A stretch of DNA of 64,000 nucleotides from contig CAZPVJ010000013.1 of the NCBI GenBank assembly GCA_964590005.1, positions 17,363 to 81,362 on the forward strand. The letters run 5' to 3'. The notes under the pieces were generated by a model, which saw nothing but the letters and a program-made list of their open reading frames with translations, did no database searches and was not told the DNA's origin. Below are positions 29,155-39,078 of the stretch, one piece after another (within the stretch, counting starts at the first letter, position 1; each line of letters starts with the position of its first letter). The position numbers and the translations under genes were made by a program. This DNA is from an uncultured Alteromonadaceae bacterium. GTDB lineage: Bacteria > Pseudomonadota > Gammaproteobacteria > Pseudomonadales > Halieaceae.

Positions 29155-29970
29155 TTAGCGACCTTTCCAGACCGGTGGGCGCTTGCCCATGAAAGCACGG
29201 ACACCCTCGGTCGCGTCTTCGCTATCGATGCAGATATGTTGCAGGCGCGCCTCGTTACTGATTACCTCGTCCAGCGTGTGTTCCAGCGCGTAGTTCAGTG
29301 ATTCCTTCGCATAGCGTAATGCCAGAGGTGCTTTGGTCGCCAGGGCCTCCGCCTGCACAAGTGCCTGCTCCAGCAGTTCTCCAGCGGGAACAACCCGATT
29401 GCAAAGGCCCAGTTCCTGACAGCGCTCGGCCCCCAACTTCTCGCCGGAAACAATCAGCTCGTAGGCCCGTTGGCGACCCAATATACGCGCCAGGTGCCAG
29501 GTGGCCCCACCATCCGGAACCAATCCAATGGCCGCAAAAGCCTGATACAGGTAGGCGTCATCCGCCATGATCACCAGGTCGCAGACCATCGCGTAGGCAC
29601 TGCCAATGCCCGCAGCCGCTCCATTAACCGCACTGATCCAGGGCTTGTTGGCGTCTCTTACCGCGATCATGCCGGTCTTGTATTCAAAATTGAGAAAGTC
29701 TTCTACGGCCTGTCCGCCCGCGGCCTCAGCGGGCACCTCCTCGGCGAGATCAGCGCCGGCGCTAAAGGCGCGTCCGGCTCCGGTCAGGACCACGACCCGA
29801 ATATCGTCATCAGCATTGACCTGCCGCGCCACCTCGATGAATTCACGCCGCATCTGCGTATCAAACGCGTTCAGGCTGTCCGGGCGATTCAGGGTAACGA
29901 GGGCGGTCGAACCAGTGCGCTCGATTTCAATAGTCTGGTAGGTGCTCACGGCTTCTCCTTGGCGATTCAA
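29155..29970 (-). CDS. Enoyl-CoA hydratase/isomerase family protein
   Basis: LNRPDSLNAF, VVVLTGAGRAFSAGADL, PWISAVNGAAAGIG. Confidence 0.9.
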   Translation of the reverse strand: MNRQGEAVSTYQTIEIERTGSTALVTLNRPDSLNAFDTQMRREFIEVARQVNADDDIRVVVLTGAGRAFSAGADLAEEVPAEAAGGQAVEDFLNFEYKTGMIAVRDANKPWISAVNGAAAGIGSAYAMVCDLVIMADDAYLYQAFAAIGLVPDGGATWHLARILGRQRAYELIVSGEKLGAERCQELGLCNRVVPAGELLEQALVQAEALATKAPLALRYAKESLNYALEHTLDEVISNEARLQHICIDSEDATEGVRAFMGKRPPVWKGR

Positions 29971-29979
29971 TAGTCCGGG

Positions 29980-31113
29980 TCAGGCTATGCTGCCACCCGA
30001 TTTCAAGTCTGCGATCTCCTGCTCGGCAAACCCCATGGCCGCGAGCACCGATTCAGTATCCTCTCCGCCACCATGCACGCCATGGGCGATTGCTGACGGG
30101 GTACGACTGAACCGCGGGGCCGGTGAGGGTTGGGTAAGGCCATCGACCTCGGTGTACGTTTTGCGCGCCACGTTGGCCGGGTGCGCAGGTGCCTCGGTAA
30201 AGCGCAGCACGGGCGCGAAGCAAACGTCCGAGCCTTCCATTAACTCGCACCACTGGGCCTGGGTTTTCTGTTTGAAAATAGCTGTGAGCTGTTCACTCAT
30301 GGCGGGCCAGTTTTGTTGATTATTCTGGTCGCCAAAATCTTCTTCCGACAAGTCCGCACGCTCCTTTAACAAGGCGTAGAACTGGGGTTCGATAGACCCG
30401 ATCGAGACGTATTCACCATCCGCACATTCATAGGTATCGTAAAAATGTGCACCGCCATCCAGCATATTGGACTCGCGCTGGTCCGCGTCCCATAAACCCA
30501 TAGACTCGAAACCGTGGAACATCCACATCAATTGCGCCGCACCATCAACCATGGCCACATCGATGACCTGGCCCTGGCCGGAGTTTGAGGTTTCCAGCAA
30601 AGCTGCCAGCACACCGTTCACCAGCAACATACCGCCGCCGCCCATGTCACCGACAAGATTCAACGGCGGAACCGGTTTTTGGCCTTTACGGCCCATGGCG
30701 AAAAGCGCCCCGGTGATCGAGATGTAATTGATATCGTGCCCCGCCGCGTGCGCCAGGGGACCCTCCTGGCCCCAACCGGTCATCCTGGCGAAGACCAGCC
30801 TCGGGTTGCGCTCCATGCACTCCTTGGGACCAATGCCCAGCTTTTCACAAACGCCAGGACGGAAGGGATCGATGATGACATCGGCGTTCTCTACCATTCG
30901 CAGCAGGGTATCGACGCCTGCGGGATCCTTGAGGTTGAGAATCACCGACTTTTTACCGCGACCACTGACCTTCTCGGTCAGCTTGGGATCCGCACCCCCT
31001 ACCCGGTCGATGCGAATCACTTCGGCGCCCATGTCGGCGAGCACCATGCCTCCCATCGGGGCCGGGCCAATACCGGCGAGCTCGATCACTGTATATCCGT
31101 TAAGTGGCCCCAT
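29980..31113 (-). CDS. Family III CoA-transferase (CaiB/BaiF); alpha-methylacyl-CoA racemase-like
   Basis: MGPLNGYTVIELAGIGPAPMGGMVLADMGAEVIRIDR matches the racemase/CaiB N-terminus as I recall it. The track start at 31149 would overlap the ACAD stop by 4 nt, so either start is possible. Confidence 0.85.
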   Translation of the reverse strand: MGPLNGYTVIELAGIGPAPMGGMVLADMGAEVIRIDRVGGADPKLTEKVSGRGKKSVILNLKDPAGVDTLLRMVENADVIIDPFRPGVCEKLGIGPKECMERNPRLVFARMTGWGQEGPLAHAAGHDINYISITGALFAMGRKGQKPVPPLNLVGDMGGGGMLLVNGVLAALLETSNSGQGQVIDVAMVDGAAQLMWMFHGFESMGLWDADQRESNMLDGGAHFYDTYECADGEYVSIGSIEPQFYALLKERADLSEEDFGDQNNQQNWPAMSEQLTAIFKQKTQAQWCELMEGSDVCFAPVLRFTEAPAHPANVARKTYTEVDGLTQPSPAPRFSRTPSAIAHGVHGGGEDTESVLAAMGFAEQEIADLKSGGSIA

Positions 31114-31145
31114 CTGGCTACTCCTGTTGCTTGGTGGCTGTACCG

Positions 31146-32321
31146 TCAAAAATTGCGTGTGTTAAACGGCTGGTAGTCTTCCGAAAGACAATCGCGGCTG
31201 ATGATAATCTTCATCACCTCTGAGGTACCAGCATAAATCGGTGAGATCTTGGCATCAGTAAACTGACGACTGATCGGGTACTCATCCATAAAACCCGCCC
31301 CACCGTGCAATTGTACACCGACATCGGCCACTTCCAGCTGTAATTCGCTGGTCAGCAACTTGGCCTTGGCGGCATCCACCGCGCTCAGTTGACCTGCGCT
31401 GAACGCAGCCACACACTGATCGACATAGGTCTGGGCTACGTCCAGCCGGGTGCGTAAGTCGGCGAGCAAAAACTGGGTATTCTGGAACGCGGCGACGGGC
31501 TTACCAAATGCCTTGCGCTCCTTGACGAAGTCCGCGGTCAGATCCCACGAAAGCTGACCCGCAGCGAGGTAACCGCAGGCACCAATAAGTCGCTCCTCGG
31601 CCAGGCCCTCCATGAGATAGAAAAATCCCTTGCCCGGTTCACCGAGCACGTTGGCCTTGGGCACCCTCACATCGTTGAAAAACAGCTCCGCGGTGTCCTG
31701 TGCCTTCAAACCCATCTTCTTGAGGTTGCGACCCCGGGTGAAGCCCTCCATCCCGCGCTCGACCAGGAACAAGGTCATCGCGTGAGGGTTGTTCTCCGGG
31801 TCGGTTTTGGCTGCAACGATGACGACATCGGCATTGATACCGTTGGAAATATAAGTCTTGGAGCCGTTTAACAGCCAGTGGTCGTCCTGCTCGGTTGCAG
31901 AGGTGCGCATGCCTGCCAGGTCGCTGCCGGCATCGGGTTCGGTCATTGCCACCGCCAGAATGGTCTCACCGCTGACACAGCCCGGCAGAAACCGCTGGCA
32001 TTGTTCCTCACTACCAAAACGCGTGAAATACGGGCCCACAAGGCGGCTATGGAGGGTGTTGTACCAGTCGCCTGTACGTGCGTAGGCGCACTCCTCCATG
32101 ATGACTTGTTCGAACCGGAAATCGTCATCACCCATACCTCCGTACTTCTCATCAGGCCAGATCATCAGGAATCCCTGCTCACCGGCTTTGCGGAAAGCCG
32201 ATCTGTCGACGATACCGGCCTCACTCCACTCTTCCATATGTGGCACAATCTCGGTTGCGAGAAACTTGCGATAAGCCTCGCGGAACATATTTTGCTCTTC
32301 GGTAAAATTGCGCTGCAACAT
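31146..32321 (-). CDS. Acyl-CoA dehydrogenase
   Basis: FTEEQNMFRE at the N-terminus, AMTEPDAGSD, YISNG, and a C-terminal IYAGTSEVM with the catalytic Glu context. Confidence 0.9.
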   Translation of the reverse strand: MLQRNFTEEQNMFREAYRKFLATEIVPHMEEWSEAGIVDRSAFRKAGEQGFLMIWPDEKYGGMGDDDFRFEQVIMEECAYARTGDWYNTLHSRLVGPYFTRFGSEEQCQRFLPGCVSGETILAVAMTEPDAGSDLAGMRTSATEQDDHWLLNGSKTYISNGINADVVIVAAKTDPENNPHAMTLFLVERGMEGFTRGRNLKKMGLKAQDTAELFFNDVRVPKANVLGEPGKGFFYLMEGLAEERLIGACGYLAAGQLSWDLTADFVKERKAFGKPVAAFQNTQFLLADLRTRLDVAQTYVDQCVAAFSAGQLSAVDAAKAKLLTSELQLEVADVGVQLHGGAGFMDEYPISRQFTDAKISPIYAGTSEVMKIIISRDCLSEDYQPFNTRNF

Positions 32322-32456
32322 CAGTAAATGCCTCAAGAAACGGACTCAAAATCGAGGCACAGTATGGGGAGTGTCAATATCGGCAACAATGACCTGCCCC
32401 GACAAATTTATTGACCTAAACTACCAGCCATAAACAGGGACGCTGCACGAGAAAAC

Positions 32457-33629
32457 ATGGAACAGATTCTCCCGGAAAGCTGGGCAATCATGCACTACGG
32501 ACTGATACTGTCCCTGACCTGTGCACAGATGCTTATCGTCTATTTCCTGAGTGACTCCAGCAATCCCCCTGCTGGACTGGGATTGTTTACAGTCTATTTT
32601 ATGGCCGCCCTTCTCGGGTGGATCGCGTTTACCCTGCAGCAGGGCTCGAGTTCACCGGTGGGCATCGACGTTCCCTCCGTGGCGGCGATTATCAATACGT
32701 ACATTTTATTCCTGGCTTGTGGCCAGCGAGCGCAGGTCACTCGAGGCCGCTACCTGATGGGCGGTATATGCACCTTGGCCGCGCTCAGTGTGTTCTTCCT
32801 GCCCGGCGAAAAAATGTTCCTTGTCCAAACCCTCACCAGCGGTCTGTTCTTCGGCGCCGCCGGTATCCTCTGCGCCTGGCGCGCCTGGCGCTATCGCAAT
32901 ATTGGCGACGCCATTATCGCGGTCGCCGGGAGCATTATGCTGGTTGGTATGCCGCTGTCGGCCTATCTCGCCGCCTACACGGGTGAAGCCCAGCAGGCAC
33001 AGGCGATCGCCTTTGGGACCCACAGCTCGGCTTATGCACTGGTGGCGATTGGCTTCCTGGCCAGTATCCTGATCGAATACCAACAGCACCTGTCGCACCT
33101 GGCCACTGAGGACCCGCTGACCCGACTGCTTAACCGTCGAGGCCTGGGCGACGCAATGCACGTCAGCCTGGCGGCCGCCGCCCGACACGGTTACACCACC
33201 TCTGCCATCATGGTGGATATCGACCACTTCAAGCAGGTTAACGACAGCTTTGGCCACGAGACAGCCGACCATGTCATACAACTGGTGGCCAGAATACTGG
33301 GACGTATGTGCCGATCAAGCGATGTGGTTGCGCGCACCGGAGGAGAGGAGTTCTTACTGGTACTACCCAACACCGATCTCGCAGCGGCCAAGTCGCTCGC
33401 CGAGCGCATCCGGGTATCAATAGGGGAATTCCCACTACTGGTCGACCAGCAGCGAATCCAGGTGACTGCCAGCCTGGGGGTGGCCGCGTCACAGGGGCAG
33501 GCGGATCTCGACGAACTGTACCAGGAAGCAGACCGCGCTATGTACCTGGCCAAGCGCGGTGGCCGCAACAGGGTGGCTTCGGTAGAGCACAAGCCTGTTC
33601 AGTTAAGCGCTGGCAACGGGCAGGCCTGA
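32457..33629 (+). CDS. Membrane-bound diguanylate cyclase (multi-TM N-terminal domain plus GGDEF)
   Basis: GGEEF at 33339..33353. An RxxD I-site (RSSD, 33312..33323) lies 5 residues upstream. The N-terminal 200 aa are hydrophobic. Confidence 0.9.
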   Translation: MEQILPESWAIMHYGLILSLTCAQMLIVYFLSDSSNPPAGLGLFTVYFMAALLGWIAFTLQQGSSSPVGIDVPSVAAIINTYILFLACGQRAQVTRGRYLMGGICTLAALSVFFLPGEKMFLVQTLTSGLFFGAAGILCAWRAWRYRNIGDAIIAVAGSIMLVGMPLSAYLAAYTGEAQQAQAIAFGTHSSAYALVAIGFLASILIEYQQHLSHLATEDPLTRLLNRRGLGDAMHVSLAAAARHGYTTSAIMVDIDHFKQVNDSFGHETADHVIQLVARILGRMCRSSDVVARTGGEEFLLVLPNTDLAAAKSLAERIRVSIGEFPLLVDQQRIQVTASLGVAASQGQADLDELYQEADRAMYLAKRGGRNRVASVEHKPVQLSAGNGQA

Positions 33630-33634
33630 GCGCG

Positions 33635-34636
33635 GTGCGCGACCTCTCTATCTCTGTTTACTTTGTGCGGGCCGTGCTGAAGCATACGGTGCGCCGCGGT
33701 ATCGACCCGGTCAGCCTGCTGCGTCGCAATCGAATCTCGCCGCGACTCGTGCAGGAGAGCGACGCGCGAATCTCCATCGAGCGCTTTGCCGACTTACAGG
33801 TCAGCACAATGCTGGCCATGGAAGACGAGGCACTGGGTTACACCGAGCGGCCCATGCCAATCGGCAGCTGGTCAATGATGTGCCACGCGGTGATTAGTTG
33901 CGAAACCCTGGGTCAGGCGCTGGCGCGACACTGCCGATTTTTTCAGCTGTTCGGTTTCAGCATATTTCCCCAGTTTCTGGTGGATGAAAAAACCGCCAGC
34001 ATCCGCCTCGGTAGCGATGGACGGGAAGACGCTCCCGTCCCCTATATGTCCGAGTTAATGTTGTTTAACTCACACCGCTTCGCCAGCTGGCTGGTGCAGG
34101 AGCATCTCCCGCTGCAGGTAGTCAACCTCCGTTACCCACCAGCGGCGCAGGAACGGGATTACCGGCATATGTTTCGCGCCAACCCCATGCAGTTCCAGCA
34201 GCCCCACTCAGAACTTGTCCTGTCGGCCTCTTTGCTGCAGAAGCCGATTGTGCAAACCGAGCAGTCACTGCGCCACTACCTGCGGCACCCGGTTTTGCTG
34301 ATGTTAACGCAGGATTTTGCCAATGATAGCTGGACCACCCGGGTCCGGGAAAAAGTGCGCCATAACCTGACCGATGTCCCCGAGCTCAAAGAGGTAGCCA
34401 GCTCGCTTGAGGTGCACCCACAGACCCTGCGCAGGCGTCTCTCCGCGGAGGGCATCACATTCAAGGAAATCAAGAACCAGTTACGCAGGGATACAGCGCT
34501 ACACCTGCTGGGCAAGCAGGGCCTGAACATCGAGGAGATCGCGTACCGTTCGGGCTTTTCCGAGTCCAGCGCGTTCATCCGGGCATTCAAAAGTTGGACC
34601 GGTGTCACACCTTACACTTACCGCAAAGGACTCTAG
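33635..34636 (+). CDS. AraC family transcriptional regulator (same subfamily layout as 2492..3577)
   Basis: GTG at 33635 is the first plausible start after the cyclase stop at 33629. The track ORF 33308.. runs through the cyclase gene in another frame. The C-terminal HTH reads VASSLEVHPQTLRRRLSAEGITFKEI...GFSESSAFIRAFKSWTGVTPYTYR. Confidence 0.8.
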   Translation: MRDLSISVYFVRAVLKHTVRRGIDPVSLLRRNRISPRLVQESDARISIERFADLQVSTMLAMEDEALGYTERPMPIGSWSMMCHAVISCETLGQALARHCRFFQLFGFSIFPQFLVDEKTASIRLGSDGREDAPVPYMSELMLFNSHRFASWLVQEHLPLQVVNLRYPPAAQERDYRHMFRANPMQFQQPHSELVLSASLLQKPIVQTEQSLRHYLRHPVLLMLTQDFANDSWTTRVREKVRHNLTDVPELKEVASSLEVHPQTLRRRLSAEGITFKEIKNQLRRDTALHLLGKQGLNIEEIAYRSGFSESSAFIRAFKSWTGVTPYTYRKGL

Positions 34637-34718
34637 CCAAATTTTTTGTGCTGGCGGCCACCACGATCACAGAATTTAGCTATAGTTCTTGCACCTGATA
34701 ATTACCCGGTAGAACCGT

Positions 34719-37526
34719 TTGATCCGCTTCCTAAAATACACAGTAGCTGCCTATGGTTTCTACCTGGCAGTAAGCCTACTCATCGTCCTGCCCCTGCTCA
34801 ATATAATGACACCCCGGCTGGTTGCCGAACAGCTGAATCGGACACTGCATACCGAAATCATTCTGTTCAACCCATTCACGCTGGCGCTGGAAATTCGCAA
34901 CGCCCGCCTGGATGAGCCCTCTGGCGAGACATTTGCGGCGCTGGAGAAAGCGCATATCAATCTTTCCACCGCCAGCCTTTGGCAGCGCGGCTGGGTCCTG
35001 GATTCTTTCCTGGTCAACGAGTTCTACGTCCACGTGCGCGGCCTGGCCGGCGGAGGCTTCAACTTCTCGGACATGCTGCCGCCCGCCGATGAAAGCGAAG
35101 CGGACTCCAGCGAAGAAGCGCTGCCGGCGCTTACGGTTGGCCGCTTTGAATTTGAAGCCCGGCGGATAGCGGTCACCCAGGAGGATCGCGAAAAGCCTTA
35201 CTCCACCCACTGGGACGGTCTGTCGCTAAAGGTAAATAACCTGTCAACCATCCGGCGCGAGGGCCAGCCCTATCGGCTGACAGCAGTAGCCGAGCAAGGC
35301 GGTCGCCTGACCTGGACCGGTGATGTCTCCATACCCGATGCTACCAGTAGTGGTTCGCTGGAACTGGCCAATATCCACCTGCGAACCGCCTGGCGATTTC
35401 TCGAACCCTGGTTGGCGCTGGAGCTGACCGATGGACGACTGACGCTAAGCGGCGATTACGCTGTTTCGTGGGCAGACACGCCAACATTCAGTATCGACAA
35501 CGGGGAAGCCCTACTCAATACACTCGAGATTGTTCCGCAGGATCCGTCAGTATTGCCCGCCACCCACCTGCGACTCCCCGCCGCTAGCGTTGCCGGCATT
35601 TCAGTCGACAGCGGCACTTCTTCGGTGGATATCCAGGCTTTCACTATCCAGGGTCTCGATATCGCCGGTTTCAGCGAAGGGGACCGCGTCAGTCTGGCCG
35701 ACCTGTTCGCCACCTCCTTTCCCCAAGCGGAGGGCACAAGCGACGATGACGAGGGAAACAGCAGCGACTGGCGGGTAGCCCTGGCGGGCTTTTCGCTACA
35801 GGAGGCCACGGTTTCCTGGCGCAGCGAGTATACAGAGCCGCCGGTAATGACCGTTTCCCCGATCAATGTTGGACTGAGCAATCTGCGTTGGCCACTGTCC
35901 GGGGAAGCACAAAGCGAGTTAGACATCTTGATCAACGATGTTGCCTCATTGCAGGCAAGCGGACCGGTGGACCTGTCCTCGGGGTCGGCTTCGATAGACT
36001 ATGCACTGGCGGGCCTGCCGCTGGGTTGGTTCAGCCCCAACCTGCCGACAGTCCTCAATGCCGATATCACCAATGGCACCGCTGCCGGTGAGGGACAACT
36101 GCGCCTGGCTGAGTTCGCCCCGGTGTGGACACAGATGGACGGCGCCATCACCGATTTTTCGATGATTATTCGCGAGGAACAGGACTCGCTAACCGGCTGG
36201 CAACGATTACGCTGGAAAGGACTGAGCGTCGACCTACCCGGGCAAGCCGTGTTCATTGAGCAATTGCAACTCCGCAATTACTCAGGACGCCTGCATATCA
36301 AGGAAGATGGGACCATCAATACCCAGCGCATCCTCGAGGAGGAAGCGGCCGAGGCTAAAGCCGACCAACAACCCGGCGAAGCCGAATCAGCACCCTGGAC
36401 GGTAGACATTCCAGAGATTCAATTGGTCGACAGCCAACTGGATTTCAAGGATGAGTCCCTGCCACTGAACTTCCAGACAGTCATCGGCGAGCTGAACGGG
36501 AACATCAATGGTTTGGCGACCACCCCTGACAGCGTTGTGAAGGTAGATCTCAAGGGCTCCGTAGATGGCTACGCCCCCGTTTTACTCAATGGCACCGCGC
36601 AACCCTTTGGGGCGCCACCTGCGGTCGACCTGGGCCTGAGCTTTGAAGGTGTCGACCTGGCCCGACTCACACCCTATTCCGGCACCTACGCCGGCTACGC
36701 CATCGACAGCGGGATCCTTAACCTGGACGTGCATTACGGTTTGGAGAATAACCAGCTCGACGGGGACAACCAGATCGTTATCGACCAGTTAAAGCTGGGC
36801 GAGCGTATAGAAAGCGAAAAAGCCGTAGACCTGCCGATTCAGCTGGCACTGGCGCTGCTCACTGATGCAAACGGCGTCATTGATCTGGCAGTCCCGGTCA
36901 GCGGGAATATCGATGATCCGGAGTTCTCGGTCGGGGGCGTTATCTTTGGCGCGCTTGTCAACCTGATCACCAAGGCGGTCACCGCACCATTTACGCTGCT
37001 GGCAAACCTCGTTGATAGCGACGAGGACCTGCAGACCGTGACCTTCCCTATCGGCTCAAGTGAGCTCGATGAACCTGGCGCGGGCAAGCTGGCAACGCTG
37101 GCAGGCGCCCTGCAACAGCGCCCCGAGTTAACCCTGGTGATCACCGGCAGACTGCACCCGACAGCAGACCGTACTCGCCTGCAAAAACGGCAGTTGGAAG
37201 CCGAACTGGTGGCCGGCGGTATCAGCGAGGAAGCCATCAAGGGCAAGGAAGATGCCTGGGCGGGTGCCATTGAATCGCGCTACCAGGCACTGGGGCTCGC
37301 CACCTCTGAACCACCGACCCTGGCCGATCAGGCCGATGCTGTGATCGCCAGTATTGAGATCAGCGAGGACCTGCTTAAGTCGCTCGCCGATGAGCGAGCC
37401 GCCAGCACCAAGCGCTTCCTGGTCAACGAGCAGGGAATTTCGGCGGACCGGGCAGTCATCAGGCAGGCCGATATCACCGATGAGAGCAACCGTTTGAGTG
37501 GCGTCGAGATGTCGCTGGACGGCTAA
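34719..37526 (+). CDS. Large DUF748/AsmA-like envelope protein with an N-terminal anchor
   Basis: 935 aa with a TTG start. The N-terminal TM segment is YTVAAYGFYLAVSLLIVLPLL, followed by a long beta-rich repetitive body. The DUF748 assignment is from recalled family appearance. Confidence 0.6.
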   Translation: MIRFLKYTVAAYGFYLAVSLLIVLPLLNIMTPRLVAEQLNRTLHTEIILFNPFTLALEIRNARLDEPSGETFAALEKAHINLSTASLWQRGWVLDSFLVNEFYVHVRGLAGGGFNFSDMLPPADESEADSSEEALPALTVGRFEFEARRIAVTQEDREKPYSTHWDGLSLKVNNLSTIRREGQPYRLTAVAEQGGRLTWTGDVSIPDATSSGSLELANIHLRTAWRFLEPWLALELTDGRLTLSGDYAVSWADTPTFSIDNGEALLNTLEIVPQDPSVLPATHLRLPAASVAGISVDSGTSSVDIQAFTIQGLDIAGFSEGDRVSLADLFATSFPQAEGTSDDDEGNSSDWRVALAGFSLQEATVSWRSEYTEPPVMTVSPINVGLSNLRWPLSGEAQSELDILINDVASLQASGPVDLSSGSASIDYALAGLPLGWFSPNLPTVLNADITNGTAAGEGQLRLAEFAPVWTQMDGAITDFSMIIREEQDSLTGWQRLRWKGLSVDLPGQAVFIEQLQLRNYSGRLHIKEDGTINTQRILEEEAAEAKADQQPGEAESAPWTVDIPEIQLVDSQLDFKDESLPLNFQTVIGELNGNINGLATTPDSVVKVDLKGSVDGYAPVLLNGTAQPFGAPPAVDLGLSFEGVDLARLTPYSGTYAGYAIDSGILNLDVHYGLENNQLDGDNQIVIDQLKLGERIESEKAVDLPIQLALALLTDANGVIDLAVPVSGNIDDPEFSVGGVIFGALVNLITKAVTAPFTLLANLVDSDEDLQTVTFPIGSSELDEPGAGKLATLAGALQQRPELTLVITGRLHPTADRTRLQKRQLEAELVAGGISEEAIKGKEDAWAGAIESRYQALGLATSEPPTLADQADAVIASIEISEDLLKSLADERAASTKRFLVNEQGISADRAVIRQADITDESNRLSGVEMSLDG

Positions 37527-38047
37527 CCCACGTAGACCAGGTCGCCGTGGCACTGGCGACACTGGTAACTCGCCTTGCCTTTTTGCACCCGGTTATGACG
37601 GGTAGATGATACCTCGTGATCCTGGCAGAGACAGCGGTAAGCGTGGCTGCGCTGACGACGCTGTGGAATCCCGCTCAGGTCCAGATTGAAGGTGACACCC
37701 GGATCGGCACCAAACCCCGCCATCAGGGCTTGCCACTCAGGACCATGCGGCTTGACCCGCCGGTCATCATAGAGCTGGTGAATGATGTAGTGGGCTACTT
37801 CATGGGGTACCGTGTCGCGGAGATTTTCAACATAGTACTTGCCAAAAATCCACGGGTTATAACGTATCCAACATTTCTTGCCATGGACCTTGAACATCCC
37901 GGCCGTCGTGCCCTGCAAATCAAACTCGACTGGCAGCATAGGGAATTGATAGTCCAGCAGCTTACCGGCCAGACTCACAAATAGCTCAGTGCGCTCTCGC
38001 ACCTCCGCCTGCTCTGCTGCGCCAATAGGTTCTATCAGATCCGGCAA
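37523..38047 (-). CDS. sprT: SprT family zinc metalloprotease
   Basis: HEVAHYIIH (HExxH) plus a C-terminal zinc ribbon YRCLCQDHE...YQCRQCHGDL. The track start at 38107 overlaps the upstream LysR gene by 56 nt, so a TTG at 38047 is a plausible alternative. The start is uncertain. Confidence 0.7.
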   Translation of the reverse strand: MPDLIEPIGAAEQAEVRERTELFVSLAGKLLDYQFPMLPVEFDLQGTTAGMFKVHGKKCWIRYNPWIFGKYYVENLRDTVPHEVAHYIIHQLYDDRRVKPHGPEWQALMAGFGADPGVTFNLDLSGIPQRRQRSHAYRCLCQDHEVSSTRHNRVQKGKASYQCRQCHGDLVYVG

Positions 38048-38051
38048 CTGC

Positions 38052-38939
38052 TCACTCCCCCGACCACTTATCGCTGCACATCGCCAGCCACTGCCTCGCC
38101 GTTGCACCGTGAAATCGTTTCTTGTGCGTGATGATATTCAATTGCCGGCGGAAGTCACGTTGTGGCACGGCAACGGGCACCAGTGAACCCCGATTGAAGG
38201 CCTCAACAAGACTGATAGCAGACAGACAACCAACCCCCAGACCGGCCTCAACTGCGCGCTTGATCGCCTCAGTGTGCTGTAACTCCAGGGTGATGTTGAG
38301 GTCTGGCAGAATGCCACGCATGGCCCGTTCGAAGGTTTGCCGCGTGCCGGAACCGGTCTCCCTGACAATCCAGTCCTGCGCCAGCAGCTGTTCATCGCTT
38401 GCGCTGGTACCGGCCAGCGGGTGACCCGGCGCCACAAATACCTGTAGCTCATCGCTTCGCCAGTGACGGGTGTCCAACTCCGGATGGACGAACTCACCCT
38501 CCACCAGGCCAATGGCCAGTTCAAAGTCAGCGACGGCCTCGGCGATCGTTTCGGTGTTGGCCACGGTCAATGAGACATCGGCATCAGGAAAGCGCTGACG
38601 AAAATCGGCAATCATGCCCACGGCAAGATAGTTACCGATGGTCAGCGTTGCGCCAAGCTGCAGTCTGCCGATCACCTCACCCCCCTCAAGGGCGTTCTCA
38701 AACGCGCGAGCCTGGGCCAGCAAGTTCTCAGCTGACGGGCGCAGTTCTCGGCCCAACTCGCTCAGTCGCAGGCGTTTGCCGCGCCGATCGAACAGTTGCA
38801 CGGAAAACTGCTGTTCCAGCTCCTTGAGGGAGCCACTGGCCGCCGACTGCGACATCGCCAGGCTGTCGGCGGCCCGGGTGATGTTTTCGAAATGCGCCGT
38901 GGCCAGAAAAACCTCAAGCTGACGCAGGCTGTACCGCAT
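38052..38939 (-). CDS. finR: LysR family transcriptional regulator, FinR-like (divergent from fpr)
   Basis: The HTH reads LRQLEVFLATAHFENITRAADSLAMSQSAASGSLKELE. The divergent arrangement with ferredoxin-NADP reductase mirrors finR-fprA as known in Pseudomonas putida. Confidence 0.7.
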   Translation of the reverse strand: MRYSLRQLEVFLATAHFENITRAADSLAMSQSAASGSLKELEQQFSVQLFDRRGKRLRLSELGRELRPSAENLLAQARAFENALEGGEVIGRLQLGATLTIGNYLAVGMIADFRQRFPDADVSLTVANTETIAEAVADFELAIGLVEGEFVHPELDTRHWRSDELQVFVAPGHPLAGTSASDEQLLAQDWIVRETGSGTRQTFERAMRGILPDLNITLELQHTEAIKRAVEAGLGVGCLSAISLVEAFNRGSLVPVAVPQRDFRRQLNIITHKKRFHGATARQWLAMCSDKWSGE

Positions 38940-38948
38940 GTGTACTCC

Positions 38949-38976
38949 ATATATTGATTTTATCGATATATTATAT
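38949..38976. promoter_or_regulatory. AT-rich dyad region in the finR-fpr intergenic space (contains the TATCGATA palindrome and GAT-TTT-ATC); candidate LysR box
   Basis: Read directly: ATATATTGATTTTATCGATATATTATAT. Confidence 0.3.
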
Positions 38977-39078
38977 CTTTTATTCCCGTTTTACCAATAT
39001 AAAGCCGTTACTTACACTGTTCCCAAGACACTGATGGCTCCGCATTGGCGGGACCGACACATGAAAAGGGTGACATCG

